Positions 19,338 to 28,627 of a DNA stretch of 64,000 bases are shown here, one piece after another. The notes beneath the pieces were generated by a model that worked only from the letters and a program-made list of their open reading frames with translations, ran no database searches and was not told the DNA's origin. The stretch comes from a virus. Position 1 is the first letter of the stretch. Each line of letters opens with the position of its first letter. The stretch is taken from the IMG/VR virus record IMGVR_UViG_3300042260_000483, positions 1 through 64,000 of that record, one strand, 5' to 3'. Made by a program: the position numbers and the translations under genes.

Positions 19338-19826
19338 TTAAAATAAGTGGTCCAATCCTTTCGTATTACTACGTCTGAATTGAATATCTATTTCAGATTT
19401 TGATGTAACTTCTTTTACTTGTTTCTTATACCAAAAATAAAGGTCTTCTAATGTTCCTTTACCTCTCTGTCTTTCTAATGATTTTTCCCAAAGGTCTTTA
19501 CCAAATTCTGATTCTAATTCTTTTCTAAGTTTCCAAAGGATTCGGTTCTCATCTATATGTGCATTTTCATCCAATTTCAATGCTCGTTTGTTGTATCTTT
19601 GTTTTTCTTCCAAAGCAGCCTCAATACGATTTTGCTCGTTCGTGCCCCCATAATTCTTATAAGTGTTCTCGTAAGCCATTTGGGCAGATTCTCTAACCAA
19701 CCTAGCTTCACTAAACATATAAGAATAATTAAAGTCACCATTTCTAATCTTTAATAAAAGAGGAGCATTAGATTTTAATGGTTTGTTAGGTCTTCCCTTC
19801 GTCCACCATCTGAATTTGTTTGACAT
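19338..19826 (-). CDS. hypothetical protein
   Basis: ORF downstream of a promoter. Confidence 0.75.
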   Translation of the reverse strand: MSNKFRWWTKGRPNKPLKSNAPLLLKIRNGDFNYSYMFSEARLVRESAQMAYENTYKNYGGTNEQNRIEAALEEKQRYNKRALKLDENAHIDENRILWKLRKELESEFGKDLWEKSLERQRGKGTLEDLYFWYKKQVKEVTSKSEIDIQFRRSNTKGLDHLF

Positions 19827-19845
19827 AAGTTTTAAGTTTTAATGT

Positions 19846-19882
19846 TTATACAAAGATACGAAATTTTTTAGAAATCTCCAAA
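19846..19882 (-). promoter_or_regulatory. Bacteroidota sigma-A promoter
   Basis: sense TTTG-N20-TATCTTTG. Confidence 0.7.
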
Positions 19883-20446
19883 GAAATCTTCTGAAAGTTT
19901 GTATTTAAAATTATTAAATCCTATTGCAGCATTTTCTTCCCACTTATCGGATTCACCATCATCACTTACCCATTTATATGAATAAAATGGAATCTCTCTT
20001 TGTTTACATACATATGCAAGTGCATAACACTCCATATCTACAATATCACATTTACCAATCATTTCCTTATATTTTTCAGAATAATCAGTTCTGTGTGAAT
20101 CATAAAATTGATCAGTAGTGAAGCATTCTATATTTGATTGCGAATTTAAAGTGATAGGACCGGTTCTTGTATATGGAGTATATCCGTATTCTGCAAAGGG
20201 TCTTGTATCAATGTTATTATGAACTACACCGACTTGTAAAATATCACCTACTTTATGATTTTTTAAATTACCACATGAACCGAAGTTTACTACAATATCA
20301 GGTTCCTCATTCCAAAGAATTTCAGTTAGATTTGATGCAGCATTAATTTTACCAACTCCCACTTGGAAAATTGGTATTCCGTAGATTTCTTTTAAACCAC
20401 CATGTTCAATTGGTGCAGCAGAAATTAATATTAATTTTCCTTTCAT
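19868..20446 (-). CDS. MTA/SAH nucleosidase-like (PNP_UDP_1 family)
   Basis: GVGKINAA, VNFGSCG, VDMECYALA, KWVSD. Confidence 0.85.
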   Translation of the reverse strand: MKGKLILISAAPIEHGGLKEIYGIPIFQVGVGKINAASNLTEILWNEEPDIVVNFGSCGNLKNHKVGDILQVGVVHNNIDTRPFAEYGYTPYTRTGPITLNSQSNIECFTTDQFYDSHRTDYSEKYKEMIGKCDIVDMECYALAYVCKQREIPFYSYKWVSDDGESDKWEENAAIGFNNFKYKLSEDFFGDF

Positions 20447-20820
20447 TATTTTTCTATGATTTCAATTCGAATACTACCACCTTCATTTAACCACGCATTT
20501 ACTTTATATGGTTTCGTATCTACATTTGATGCTGATTGAACGTAGCCTGTAAAATGTGGTTTATCACCATTTTCGATACCAACTTCATATTCTAATGTAT
20601 ATACTTTAGTTGGTTTACCAGCCCAATTTTTATTGGTTTGTATTGAAGTTTTTTGATAGCCGGAGACCCTTAAATGACCCGCACCTTTTAATTGACCTAA
20701 AAAAGATTGATAATCTGCATCAGTTTTTAATACTTCGGAACTGCCATTTGATTTTAATTGACTTCTCAATGTGCGAAGTTTTCTAACTTTTTCTGTTGTA
20801 TATTTAGGAATTGCTTTCAT
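20446..20820 (-). CDS. hypothetical protein
   Basis: ORF track. Confidence 0.7.
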   Translation of the reverse strand: MKAIPKYTTEKVRKLRTLRSQLKSNGSSEVLKTDADYQSFLGQLKGAGHLRVSGYQKTSIQTNKNWAGKPTKVYTLEYEVGIENGDKPHFTGYVQSASNVDTKPYKVNAWLNEGGSIRIEIIEK

Positions 20821-20824
20821 CTGA

Positions 20825-21322
20825 TTAGTATTTGATTAAACATTTAATATCATGTCCTTTTTTAATTCCAATATCAATTAAACAAAGTTTATCTAATATT
20901 TGTAATCCTTGTGCTTCACATAATTTCACTGCAGTTTCCATACTACCACCTGTTGCATATGCATCATCTACGATTACACAAGTTCCTTCACCCATCTGAT
21001 CTTTATACATTCCAATTTCTAATACATCATTGCCATATTCTAAATTGTAACCTATTGTCATTTTGGATGAATTTGGTAATTTATCTGGTTTTCGGATAAT
21101 TCTAACTCCACCACCAAAACGAATTGCCAATGCAGTTGCAAAGATAAATCCTCTTGATTCAATACCAACCCAATATTTAGGTCTTTCTTTTATCAGATTA
21201 CCCATCTCATCAATAGCAGATTCAAATACTTTACCATTTGCTAATAGGGGTTGGATATCTCTAAAGGTAATACCATCCTTTGGAAAGTTTTTAATATTAT
21301 CTATATATTTTTTATAGTCCAT
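20825..21322 (-). CDS. apt: adenine phosphoribosyltransferase
   Basis: NFPKDGITFRDIQPLL, GIESRGFIFA, YNLEYG, IVDDAYATGGS. Confidence 0.9.
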   Translation of the reverse strand: MDYKKYIDNIKNFPKDGITFRDIQPLLANGKVFESAIDEMGNLIKERPKYWVGIESRGFIFATALAIRFGGGVRIIRKPDKLPNSSKMTIGYNLEYGNDVLEIGMYKDQMGEGTCVIVDDAYATGGSMETAVKLCEAQGLQILDKLCLIDIGIKKGHDIKCLIKY

Positions 21323-21620
21323 TTTGATTACTTAAATATTCAAATACTTTTTCATGTATTAATTTACCAAATACATCCTTACCAACTTCCTCCGGTTCAA
21401 CACTCATTGAATCAATTGCGTATTGTAATGCATGATACACATCCATATCAGAATATACTGGTTTAATTGCATCTAATTGCTCATTAACCATATTAATATA
21501 ATCATCGGATTCTAACCATTGCTGATAGGTATATTCATCATCCTTTAATTGACTGAAATAAAGTTCATCTAATTCTTGTTGAGATAAGTTATCAAACATC
21601 TCATTTTTTAATTGTCCCAT
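21312..21620 (-). CDS. acidic hypothetical protein
   Basis: ORF track. Confidence 0.7.
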   Translation of the reverse strand: MGQLKNEMFDNLSQQELDELYFSQLKDDEYTYQQWLESDDYINMVNEQLDAIKPVYSDMDVYHALQYAIDSMSVEPEEVGKDVFGKLIHEKVFEYLSNQNGL

Positions 21621-21891
21621 CTTTAATAATTTTTATTTGTTGTTCTGTTAAAATTTTTGGTGTAGTTGGTTCGGTTGGTATTTTATACTTTTTTACCAAA
21701 TCTTCCATCCACTGGTCTTTTTTATTCATAATTAATCTTTATTTTTAATATCATCAAACTTTCCAAACAAATCATCACCAGTATAATCTGGGTGATTCTC
21801 TTGCATATAATCAATACCTTTAACCCATAACCACATAAGTGGTGCTAATAACACACAAACTATTCCGAATACTACAAATTGCTCTATCATA

Positions 21892-22308
21892 TTATAATTC
21901 TAAATAAGTTACCAAAGCTTCCTCTCGTTCTTTTTCCCATTGTTTCATATCAATTGATAATCCCAATTCGTTTGCAATATCTAAGCCTTTATCCCAAGCA
22001 TCAATCTCATTCATCAACCGGCCTAAAACAAATTTCTTAGGATGTTCATCTGAATCAATGTTTTTATAAGCATTAACTCCTACGTTGTTCGCAGGTTGTA
22101 ATGAGTGTCCACATTCATGTAAAAGAGCAAATAACCCGTTATTGGTTAAATCGTAATTGTGATGAATATTAATCACACGAGTAAAGTGTCCCATAAAACA
22201 AGTAGATTGCGATAATTGAACCTCAATACCTTTTCTGATTTTGATGTAATCCACAACTTTCTGAAATTGTTTTGGAAACTTACGATTTTTGAATTTGTAT
22301 CTGCTCAT
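21892..22308 (-). CDS. HExxH metallopeptidase-like protein
   Basis: LLHECGHSLQ...NEIDAW. Confidence 0.75.
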   Translation of the reverse strand: MSRYKFKNRKFPKQFQKVVDYIKIRKGIEVQLSQSTCFMGHFTRVINIHHNYDLTNNGLFALLHECGHSLQPANNVGVNAYKNIDSDEHPKKFVLGRLMNEIDAWDKGLDIANELGLSIDMKQWEKEREEALVTYLEL

Positions 22309-22311
22309 ATC

Positions 22312-22362
22312 TTATCTTTTATTACATAGCAAATATACGAAATGTTTTTCATTTTTCCTAAT
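22312..22362 (-). promoter_or_regulatory. repeated early promoter/leader element
   Basis: sense TTAG-N20-TATATTTG-CTATGTAATAAAAGATAA. Confidence 0.7.
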
Positions 22363-22603
22363 TATTTGCAATATATTTTCCTCTTAAATCGTTTAATCTT
22401 TTTTGCATACTACTATCATAGGTATCAACTCCATTACGCCAGAGTGAATATATAAATTCATAATCGGCTATGGAGATATCACTGCGAAATCCTATTATAA
22501 AATTAGGGTCTGTATTTTGCATTGATTTCCAATACCATTCCATAAACTTTATAAGGAATTCCTTGTGTTGATCTTTAAATGTATTATATTCAATATTACT
22601 CAT
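22358..22603 (-). CDS. outlying member of paralogue family A
   Basis: FKDQHKEFL..FMEWY and TYDSSMQKRLNDLRGKY. Confidence 0.65.
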   Translation of the reverse strand: MSNIEYNTFKDQHKEFLIKFMEWYWKSMQNTDPNFIIGFRSDISIADYEFIYSLWRNGVDTYDSSMQKRLNDLRGKYIANN

Positions 22604-22615
22604 TGCGGATTGATT

Positions 22616-22646
22616 AAAAAAGGGATAAGATTGACTCCCATCCCTT
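22616..22646 (-). terminator. intrinsic terminator after the AAA gene
   Basis: AAGGGAT...ATCCCTT stem with T-tract. Confidence 0.6.
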
Positions 22647-22667
22647 AATTTAGATAAACATTAAACA

Positions 22668-23879
22668 TTAAAACATTGGAATTTCATCAACTTCTTCTTC
22701 TTTTTGTTCTGTGAAGAGTTTTTCATTTGATTCATCTTTCACATACTTTTGAACTAATTGTTTTACATAAGTTCGTTCTGAATCTACACCACCATCATTT
22801 GAGAAGAATGGGAAGATTGAAATCTCAGCAGCTTCGAACAAATCAAACCCATCGTAAATCAACCCAGCCATTTCAACACTAGCACGAGTCGATACCATTG
22901 CGGTAACCTTACCAGAATCACTTAGTGATTGAACTCGTGTGTGATGTGCAATCTCAGCAATTGCTCGTAGATTATCTTCAGAAACTTCTGGAAACATATA
23001 GGTTAATAATCCTAATTCTTGTTCATCGTTTAGAACATCCATTTCAATGGTTACGAAACGGTCTAAGATTGCTCGGTCCATAACTCGAGTTGATGTATAT
23101 TCATTACCTATGTTAGCAGTTGCGATGAATGTAACACCTTCTGCAACCTTAACAATTGGTGAACCATCTGCCTCATCTAAACGTAGGTAACGTTGACCAC
23201 CATCTAAAACGGTCATTAAGATATTCCAAGCATCAGGGTGAGCACGGCTCATCTCATCTAATAAGATAACTGCGTTTGGGGTTTTGATTGCCGAAACGAA
23301 TGCTGATTGAGAGAAGAACGTTCCCTTATTTTTATCGAAGTGAGTGTTACCGATTAAAGTAGCACGAGGGTCTTGTGTTGCTCCTAAGTTGAAGTAGAAA
23401 TCAGGTCTATCTAATGCCTTAACCAACGCTTTTGCAGCCATTGTTTTACCACAACCAGCAGGACCAGTCATCATAATGTTTTTAGCACGAACTGCTGAAC
23501 GAATTAAGTATTTCCACTTAAGGTCGGTCATTACCATCTCGCGAGGTTTTAATGATACCGAACTATTGTGGATGAAATCCTTAACAGCAGAGTGGTCTAA
23601 ATTATTTTCCATTTGAACCTTACCATTATCCGTATCCATCGGAGCTACTAAATTATTATACACATCCATACTAACTTTTCGGAAGGTCTTTTTACCATTT
23701 TTATTTACATAAGCTTGAACAGCTTTACCTTCATTGAAGGCATCTTTACGAGTCATAGTTGTTGCACCTAAAGTTCCAACTTTATTACCTTTGGTATCAA
23801 TTAACTTAAATGAATTACCAAACGCTTCTACTTTGTAAACCTCATTAGCAACCAATCCTAAATTTAAATCCTTTTTCAT
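22668..23879 (-). CDS. MoxR/CbbQ/NirQ-type AAA+ ATPase
   Basis: GPAGCGKT, ILLDEMSR, IATANIGNEY, MDRAILDRF, STR. Confidence 0.9.
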   Translation of the reverse strand: MKKDLNLGLVANEVYKVEAFGNSFKLIDTKGNKVGTLGATTMTRKDAFNEGKAVQAYVNKNGKKTFRKVSMDVYNNLVAPMDTDNGKVQMENNLDHSAVKDFIHNSSVSLKPREMVMTDLKWKYLIRSAVRAKNIMMTGPAGCGKTMAAKALVKALDRPDFYFNLGATQDPRATLIGNTHFDKNKGTFFSQSAFVSAIKTPNAVILLDEMSRAHPDAWNILMTVLDGGQRYLRLDEADGSPIVKVAEGVTFIATANIGNEYTSTRVMDRAILDRFVTIEMDVLNDEQELGLLTYMFPEVSEDNLRAIAEIAHHTRVQSLSDSGKVTAMVSTRASVEMAGLIYDGFDLFEAAEISIFPFFSNDGGVDSERTYVKQLVQKYVKDESNEKLFTEQKEEEVDEIPMF

Positions 23880-23908
23880 AATGTTTTATTGTTTATATGT
23901 TATAATGT

Positions 23909-23960
23909 TTATCTCTTATTACTTAGCTAATATACGAATAATTGCTGAATTATCCAAATT
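23909..23960 (-). promoter_or_regulatory. repeated early promoter/leader element
   Basis: nearly identical to the 3724 copy. Confidence 0.8.
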
Positions 23961-23978
23961 ATTTTTCACTTTTTTTCA

Positions 23979-24044
23979 TTAATATCCCAACATTTTTAAA
24001 ACCCGAAATCCCAACATCATTAAATCAAAAATCATATATTTCAT
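23979..24044 (-). CDS. 21-aa micropeptide MKYMIFDLMMLGFRVLKMLGY
   Basis: Translated by hand; ATG sits at the same position relative to the promoter element as in other cassettes. Confidence 0.4.
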   Translation of the reverse strand: MKYMIFDLMMLGFRVLKMLGY

Positions 24045-24096
24045 ATCTCTCATTCTTATAAAGCTAATATAGGGCTTTTTTCCGAATTATCCAAAC
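24043..24096 (-). promoter_or_regulatory. repeated early promoter/leader element
   Basis: sense TTTG-N20-TATATTAG-CTTTATAAGAATGAGAGAT. Confidence 0.75.
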
Positions 24097-24132
24097 AATT
24101 AATCAATTATTTTTCACTTTTTTTAAAAAAAA

Positions 24133-24159
24133 ATAACTCATTGGAAACCAATGAGTTAT
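24133..24159. terminator. perfect 12-bp hairpin (terminator or protein-binding site)
   Basis: ATAACTCATTGG-AAA-CCAATGAGTTAT with an adjacent T-tract on the minus strand. Confidence 0.65.
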
Positions 24160-24180
24160 AAGTTATTGAGTATCAATTCC

Positions 24181-26283
24181 TTATTTTGAAAGGAATAGTT
24201 CGTTCATTGTTTTAGTAATCTGTGCCACGTTGGTTACATCAATTGATTTAGCACCATTGCCATACATTTTACGGAAACCTCTAGATGGTTCGGTTGTATA
24301 TCCACCTTCTGCTACAAAGTATGAAAGAGTTTTAATCCCAAGTCCTTCGATTTGTTTGATGGTTTTTGCAGTATGGTTAAACGCAGCCTCACCTTGATAA
24401 ACAAACCCAACTCCTTCGAAATAAGGTTCACCATCTGAAACGTTTAAGAAGTAAGAATCAAAATCATTTCCAGCAGAGATGAATTTGTTAATGATTGCTT
24501 CAAAACATAATCCTTCAGGAGTAGTTCCACCAGGAGTTACACAAGTGAAAACCTCTTTAGCTTTTGAAATCTTATCAACTCGAGAATCATACGCCATAAC
24601 GATGTAAGGAACTGAATTTGAATTGGTAGTTCTGATTGAAACCTGAACTGAAAGGTTTTGAATCATATCAACTGCTTTACACAATGCCATTGTATTAACA
24701 ACCGTTTGTCTCCATTTTTCACCACTCATTGAACCAGATGCATCTAATGAAATATGTAAATTGGCTTTCTTATATGAATCAGTTTCGAAGATACTAAAGA
24801 CGTTTTCGTTACCGAATCCTAATGATGAAATTAAACGTTTATCAATTTTACCAACTCTTTGTCTGTTATAGACAGTGGTACGAGATTCACTTCGTACCTG
24901 AAGTTTCTTTCCTAAGATAGTTCCAATTTGAATACCCTTAGCAACTTCAGATTCGTATTGTCTACGGGCTTCTTTAGTTTGCCAATCGATGTATGTTAAT
25001 GGGAAAATATCGGAGTTTAAAAGTGTTTTAGTCAATTTATTAACAACTACACAGCCAATACCTTTCTGATATCTACCATTTGGATTTTGAACTTCATTAC
25101 CAACGTTCTTAATTTCAGAACCAGATTCTTCAATTGCTTCTAATGATTTTTCTTCGTTCTTAGTGATTGTTTTTTTAGTAACATCACCATTCATAAACTT
25201 TCGTTGGTTTTGAATTTTCTTTTTAAGTAAATCCTTTTGTTTAGTAGAGAGGTCAGATGTGTTACTACCTTTGGTATTTGAGTTAGTTTCTTTACCACCC
25301 ATAGTTGGTGCATCACCTGCATCCATTGAAGAACCACCACCATCATTTTCATCAGAATCACCACTCATTTCAGAAGAGCCATTTCCGTTTGAATCAGCCG
25401 GAGAATCTTCATTATCTTCGTTTGATTCACCACCACCATTTTGTGATTCAGTTGAGTCATCATCACCTTCTCCACTTCCATCACCTTCACCTTCACCTTC
25501 ATTTTCATTTTCATCTTGTTGTGGAATCGGTGTTAAATTATTTAACATCACATTGAATACATCTAAAGCAACATCAAACGTATCTTGTGAAGATTTTAAT
25601 CGGTCAATCTTACCCAACCCAATTAATTTATAAATCTCACGTAATCCTTTTAATTTTGAAAGGTCAGTATTTTTGTTGTGAAGGTTGATAATTCGAAACA
25701 TATAAGATTCGATTGTTTCTTCAGTATATTCATCGGATAATAAACCTTTATCAATAATCGGGTCATTGAAGTATTTATCATACATAGAACGATAATACTC
25801 ACGATAGCCAGGAGCTGAATTAAATACGAAGTTATCAATTCGTCTATCTTCAACATAATTCCAAACATCTTTGATGATTGAGATTGGGTTCATAATACCC
25901 ATTTTGATTGATTTTTCAGTAACCGAATTGGGAACTAAATTGTAAATATTACCTAATAATTTGAAATCAGAAAGTTTAATGTGAGAACCTTCGTGAAGTG
26001 CCAATCCTACTGCAACATCAAAATCTTTCGGTTCGATTACATTAGCACCGATAACCACTGTCTTACCATCGGTGTAAGAATTTCCGCGGGAGTTAAATCT
26101 AACAGGAATTTGTTGGTTAGTTACGATATTTACGAAGTTAGAAATAGCACGTTGAACACCAGACATTTTATAAAGGTCATGTGTTTTACGTTCTGTTTCA
26201 TTAAAATTGTTTGAAATGATATCGTCATCTTCCCAATCTTGTAACCAGTAAGAGGAATGTGATTTGTTTGAATATTGTTTCAT
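24181..26283 (-). CDS. vWA-domain partner of the MoxR ATPase (CobT-like) with N-terminal HExxH domain and acidic linker
   Basis: LHEGSH, NYVEDRRI, acidic G/S/D/E linker, MIDAS DASGS, GGTTP, SDGEP. Confidence 0.85.
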   Translation of the reverse strand: MKQYSNKSHSSYWLQDWEDDDIISNNFNETERKTHDLYKMSGVQRAISNFVNIVTNQQIPVRFNSRGNSYTDGKTVVIGANVIEPKDFDVAVGLALHEGSHIKLSDFKLLGNIYNLVPNSVTEKSIKMGIMNPISIIKDVWNYVEDRRIDNFVFNSAPGYREYYRSMYDKYFNDPIIDKGLLSDEYTEETIESYMFRIINLHNKNTDLSKLKGLREIYKLIGLGKIDRLKSSQDTFDVALDVFNVMLNNLTPIPQQDENENEGEGEGDGSGEGDDDSTESQNGGGESNEDNEDSPADSNGNGSSEMSGDSDENDGGGSSMDAGDAPTMGGKETNSNTKGSNTSDLSTKQKDLLKKKIQNQRKFMNGDVTKKTITKNEEKSLEAIEESGSEIKNVGNEVQNPNGRYQKGIGCVVVNKLTKTLLNSDIFPLTYIDWQTKEARRQYESEVAKGIQIGTILGKKLQVRSESRTTVYNRQRVGKIDKRLISSLGFGNENVFSIFETDSYKKANLHISLDASGSMSGEKWRQTVVNTMALCKAVDMIQNLSVQVSIRTTNSNSVPYIVMAYDSRVDKISKAKEVFTCVTPGGTTPEGLCFEAIINKFISAGNDFDSYFLNVSDGEPYFEGVGFVYQGEAAFNHTAKTIKQIEGLGIKTLSYFVAEGGYTTEPSRGFRKMYGNGAKSIDVTNVAQITKTMNELFLSK

Positions 26284-26301
26284 ATGTTTAAGTTTTAAAT
26301 G

Positions 26302-26357
26302 TTATCTCTCAATCTTATACAGCTAATATACGACATTTTTCTGATATATCCAAATAT
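26302..26357 (-). promoter_or_regulatory. repeated early promoter/leader element
   Basis: sense TTTG-N20-TATATTAG-CTGTATAAGATTGAGAGATAA. Confidence 0.8.
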
Positions 26358-26365
26358 TTTACCCA

Positions 26366-26503
26366 TTATTTTGAATAAAATTTATCAATTTCTGCTTCAG
26401 CTTTTTTTAATACTTTTTTAGATTCTGATTTTTTACCACTAAAAAGTAGTTCCATAGATTGGATTAATAATTGTCTGTGCTTAGGGAGGGTTTGTTTTTT
26501 CAT
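26366..26503 (-). CDS. 45-aa basic protein (MKKQTLPKHRQLLIQSMELLFSG...)
   Basis: Translated by hand; lies between two promoter elements. Confidence 0.6.
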   Translation of the reverse strand: MKKQTLPKHRQLLIQSMELLFSGKKSESKKVLKKAEAEIDKFYSK

Positions 26504-26558
26504 ATCTCTTATTGTTTATATAGCTAATATAGACATAATAATTGATATTACCAAATAT
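26502..26558 (-). promoter_or_regulatory. repeated early promoter/leader element
   Basis: sense TTTG-N20-TATATTAG...AATAAGAGAT-ATG. Confidence 0.75.
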
Positions 26559-26559
26559 T

Positions 26560-27882
26560 TTAGTATAAAGTTTTGAAGTTTTTTTCGTTTGGATTTTTTA
26601 GTTTTTGTCTGATACGTTCATCTGATAAATTGAAGTATTTGGCTGCATCCTTAATTGATTGAAACTCAATACCTTCGCAAGAAATCGTTGGTAAATCTAA
26701 ACGTATATTATTTTCCCACATAGATTTCATATCGGTATAACTAATATTTGTAATATCTACCCTTTTCCAATGTCTGTATTGTGGGTTATTCGATTCTATT
26801 CGATTCCTAGCCATGGTTTCGGTGAAATCCCCACCTATCAAATCCGATATTTGTTTTGGATTTTCAAATGGAATACCATCGACTTCATATTTTATATGCG
26901 GGTTCGTTTCTTCACCAATAATTTGCCAATCTTTGTATTTGGATTTGGTTGATTTACATCTACGTTCAACTTCGGTTGCAACCAATTCATTCGGATTAAT
27001 TGATATTGCTGCTTCTCTAAAAGAACGATATTGAATTCCATCAATTGAACAAATAAAATTATCCCCATTGGTAATCAGTTCCGTTGCTATATCGGGGTTT
27101 CCTTTGACAAAAATTAAAATGTTTTGGTGTATAGATGCGGTTTTTCTGTTTCTATCAAAATATGTTTTGGCAACTCTACTTGCTTGATGCTGAGAGTTCA
27201 TTAATATCATATCATTGTAAAAGGATAATCCCATTTTTTCACACATCTGAATAACTGATGGAACGAATCCTTTGTATTTACCAATTTTATAATCACCGGT
27301 TTTAGATTGTTCTCTAATTTCAGATACAACTATACCCATAAATCGATTGGATTTGAGTTTAGAAACAGATTTTGTTAATATAGATTCCAATGATGCTAAA
27401 AACGTATCATAATCCATGTTTGATATATCATTTGGATTATCTGAATAGATTTCTAAATCGTGGTATGGAGGACAGGTGAATACAAAATCAAATTCATCAT
27501 TAAGTGTATCCAATGTATCATCACTATTTCCTACAATCCAATTTGGTTTGGATGATTGTAATTGATTTGCTTGTATTTGGGTTTCGGATATATCAATACC
27601 GGTATAATTAAATCCTAATTCTTCGGCAACAATACCTCTAACCGAACCTCCTGCGAATGGGTCTAATATTTTACCATCTTTCGGACAAAACCAATCATAC
27701 ATCAATTCACATAAGAATGGATCAAAAACCGATACGTTTGTTTCGGATTCCCAAAATATAGTTTTAGATTGAGTTTCTTCTCTACCAAGTTCAGATTGGA
27801 TTTGATGAGTTTGTAACCACCAATTTTTTCTATCTTTCCATTCCTTAGTACGAGTATCCAATATGGAAAATGGATAAATCAT
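26560..27882 (-). CDS. N4/N6 DNA methyltransferase with three C-terminal NUMOD1-like repeats
   Basis: ILDPFAGGSVRG and FTCPPY; repeats IDGIQYRSFREAA, VDGIPFENPKQ, CEGIEFQSIKDAAKYF. Confidence 0.8.
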   Translation of the reverse strand: MIYPFSILDTRTKEWKDRKNWWLQTHQIQSELGREETQSKTIFWESETNVSVFDPFLCELMYDWFCPKDGKILDPFAGGSVRGIVAEELGFNYTGIDISETQIQANQLQSSKPNWIVGNSDDTLDTLNDEFDFVFTCPPYHDLEIYSDNPNDISNMDYDTFLASLESILTKSVSKLKSNRFMGIVVSEIREQSKTGDYKIGKYKGFVPSVIQMCEKMGLSFYNDMILMNSQHQASRVAKTYFDRNRKTASIHQNILIFVKGNPDIATELITNGDNFICSIDGIQYRSFREAAISINPNELVATEVERRCKSTKSKYKDWQIIGEETNPHIKYEVDGIPFENPKQISDLIGGDFTETMARNRIESNNPQYRHWKRVDITNISYTDMKSMWENNIRLDLPTISCEGIEFQSIKDAAKYFNLSDERIRQKLKNPNEKNFKTLY

Positions 27883-28052
27883 TTAGATTTGTTTAGGATG
27901 TATTCTTCTATTTTTTCATCTATATAATCAATGGCTTCAGATGAACCATCGAACCCTTCGTATTTAGCATAATATTTGATATGATCTGGATTAGTTTCTA
28001 ATTCTCTTTTCAAATCTTCGATATTCGCTAAATGCTTTACAATATATGTCAT
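27879..28052 (-). CDS. 57-aa hypothetical protein
   Basis: Translated by hand; fills the gap and overlaps the next ATG. Confidence 0.65.
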   Translation of the reverse strand: MTYIVKHLANIEDLKRELETNPDHIKYYAKYEGFDGSSEAIDYIDEKIEEYILNKSK

Positions 28053-28053
28053 G

Positions 28054-28443
28054 TTAATTTTTTAAATCATCGGGAGTATCACGATAAATTCGGTATGAAT
28101 CTTCATCGAAGTGTTCGGTGCTTACTTCAAATATAGTAGAATTGGATTCTAATGCAGTTAGTTGATGTGGCAATCCTCTTTCAATTAAAACAGATTCACC
28201 AACTCCAATTACTTTAGATTGTAGTTTAGCATCTTCAACATCAATCCAATCAAATTTGAATGAACCTTGTTGAACAAACCAACTTTCTTTTTTCTTTAAA
28301 TGATAATGCATTGAGAACTTATCACCTTCGTTATTAAATACCAATAATTTACCACAATATTCGGCATCATTATGTATCCATAACTCATAACCCCACTTCT
28401 TTTCTACTTTCTTTGGTAATCGTATATCTACGTTAATCTTCAT
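28054..28443 (-). CDS. cupin (sugar isomerase-like)
   Basis: KKWGYELWI..YCGKLL..SMHYHLKKKESW..GLPHQL..FEVST. Confidence 0.85.
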   Translation of the reverse strand: MKINVDIRLPKKVEKKWGYELWIHNDAEYCGKLLVFNNEGDKFSMHYHLKKKESWFVQQGSFKFDWIDVEDAKLQSKVIGVGESVLIERGLPHQLTALESNSTIFEVSTEHFDEDSYRIYRDTPDDLKN

Positions 28444-28594
28444 AATCCATAAAACCATTATCTGCTCTATCTAATTCATTATAGATTTTATCTAAAGCAT
28501 CTATCATTTTTTTTACTATCTGCCAGTTTTGTTCTTCGTGTGCATCCTCTAATAAATTACAGATTCTGCCGATTTCTTCAGTTAAGTTTGTCAT
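28433..28594 (-). CDS. 53-aa helical hypothetical protein
   Basis: Translated by hand: MTNLTEEIGRICNLLEDAHEEQNW... Confidence 0.6.
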   Translation of the reverse strand: MTNLTEEIGRICNLLEDAHEEQNWQIVKKMIDALDKIYNELDRADNGFMDYED

Positions 28595-28627
28595 ATATTC
28601 AATATAATCCTCGTTAGTTTAATATGA

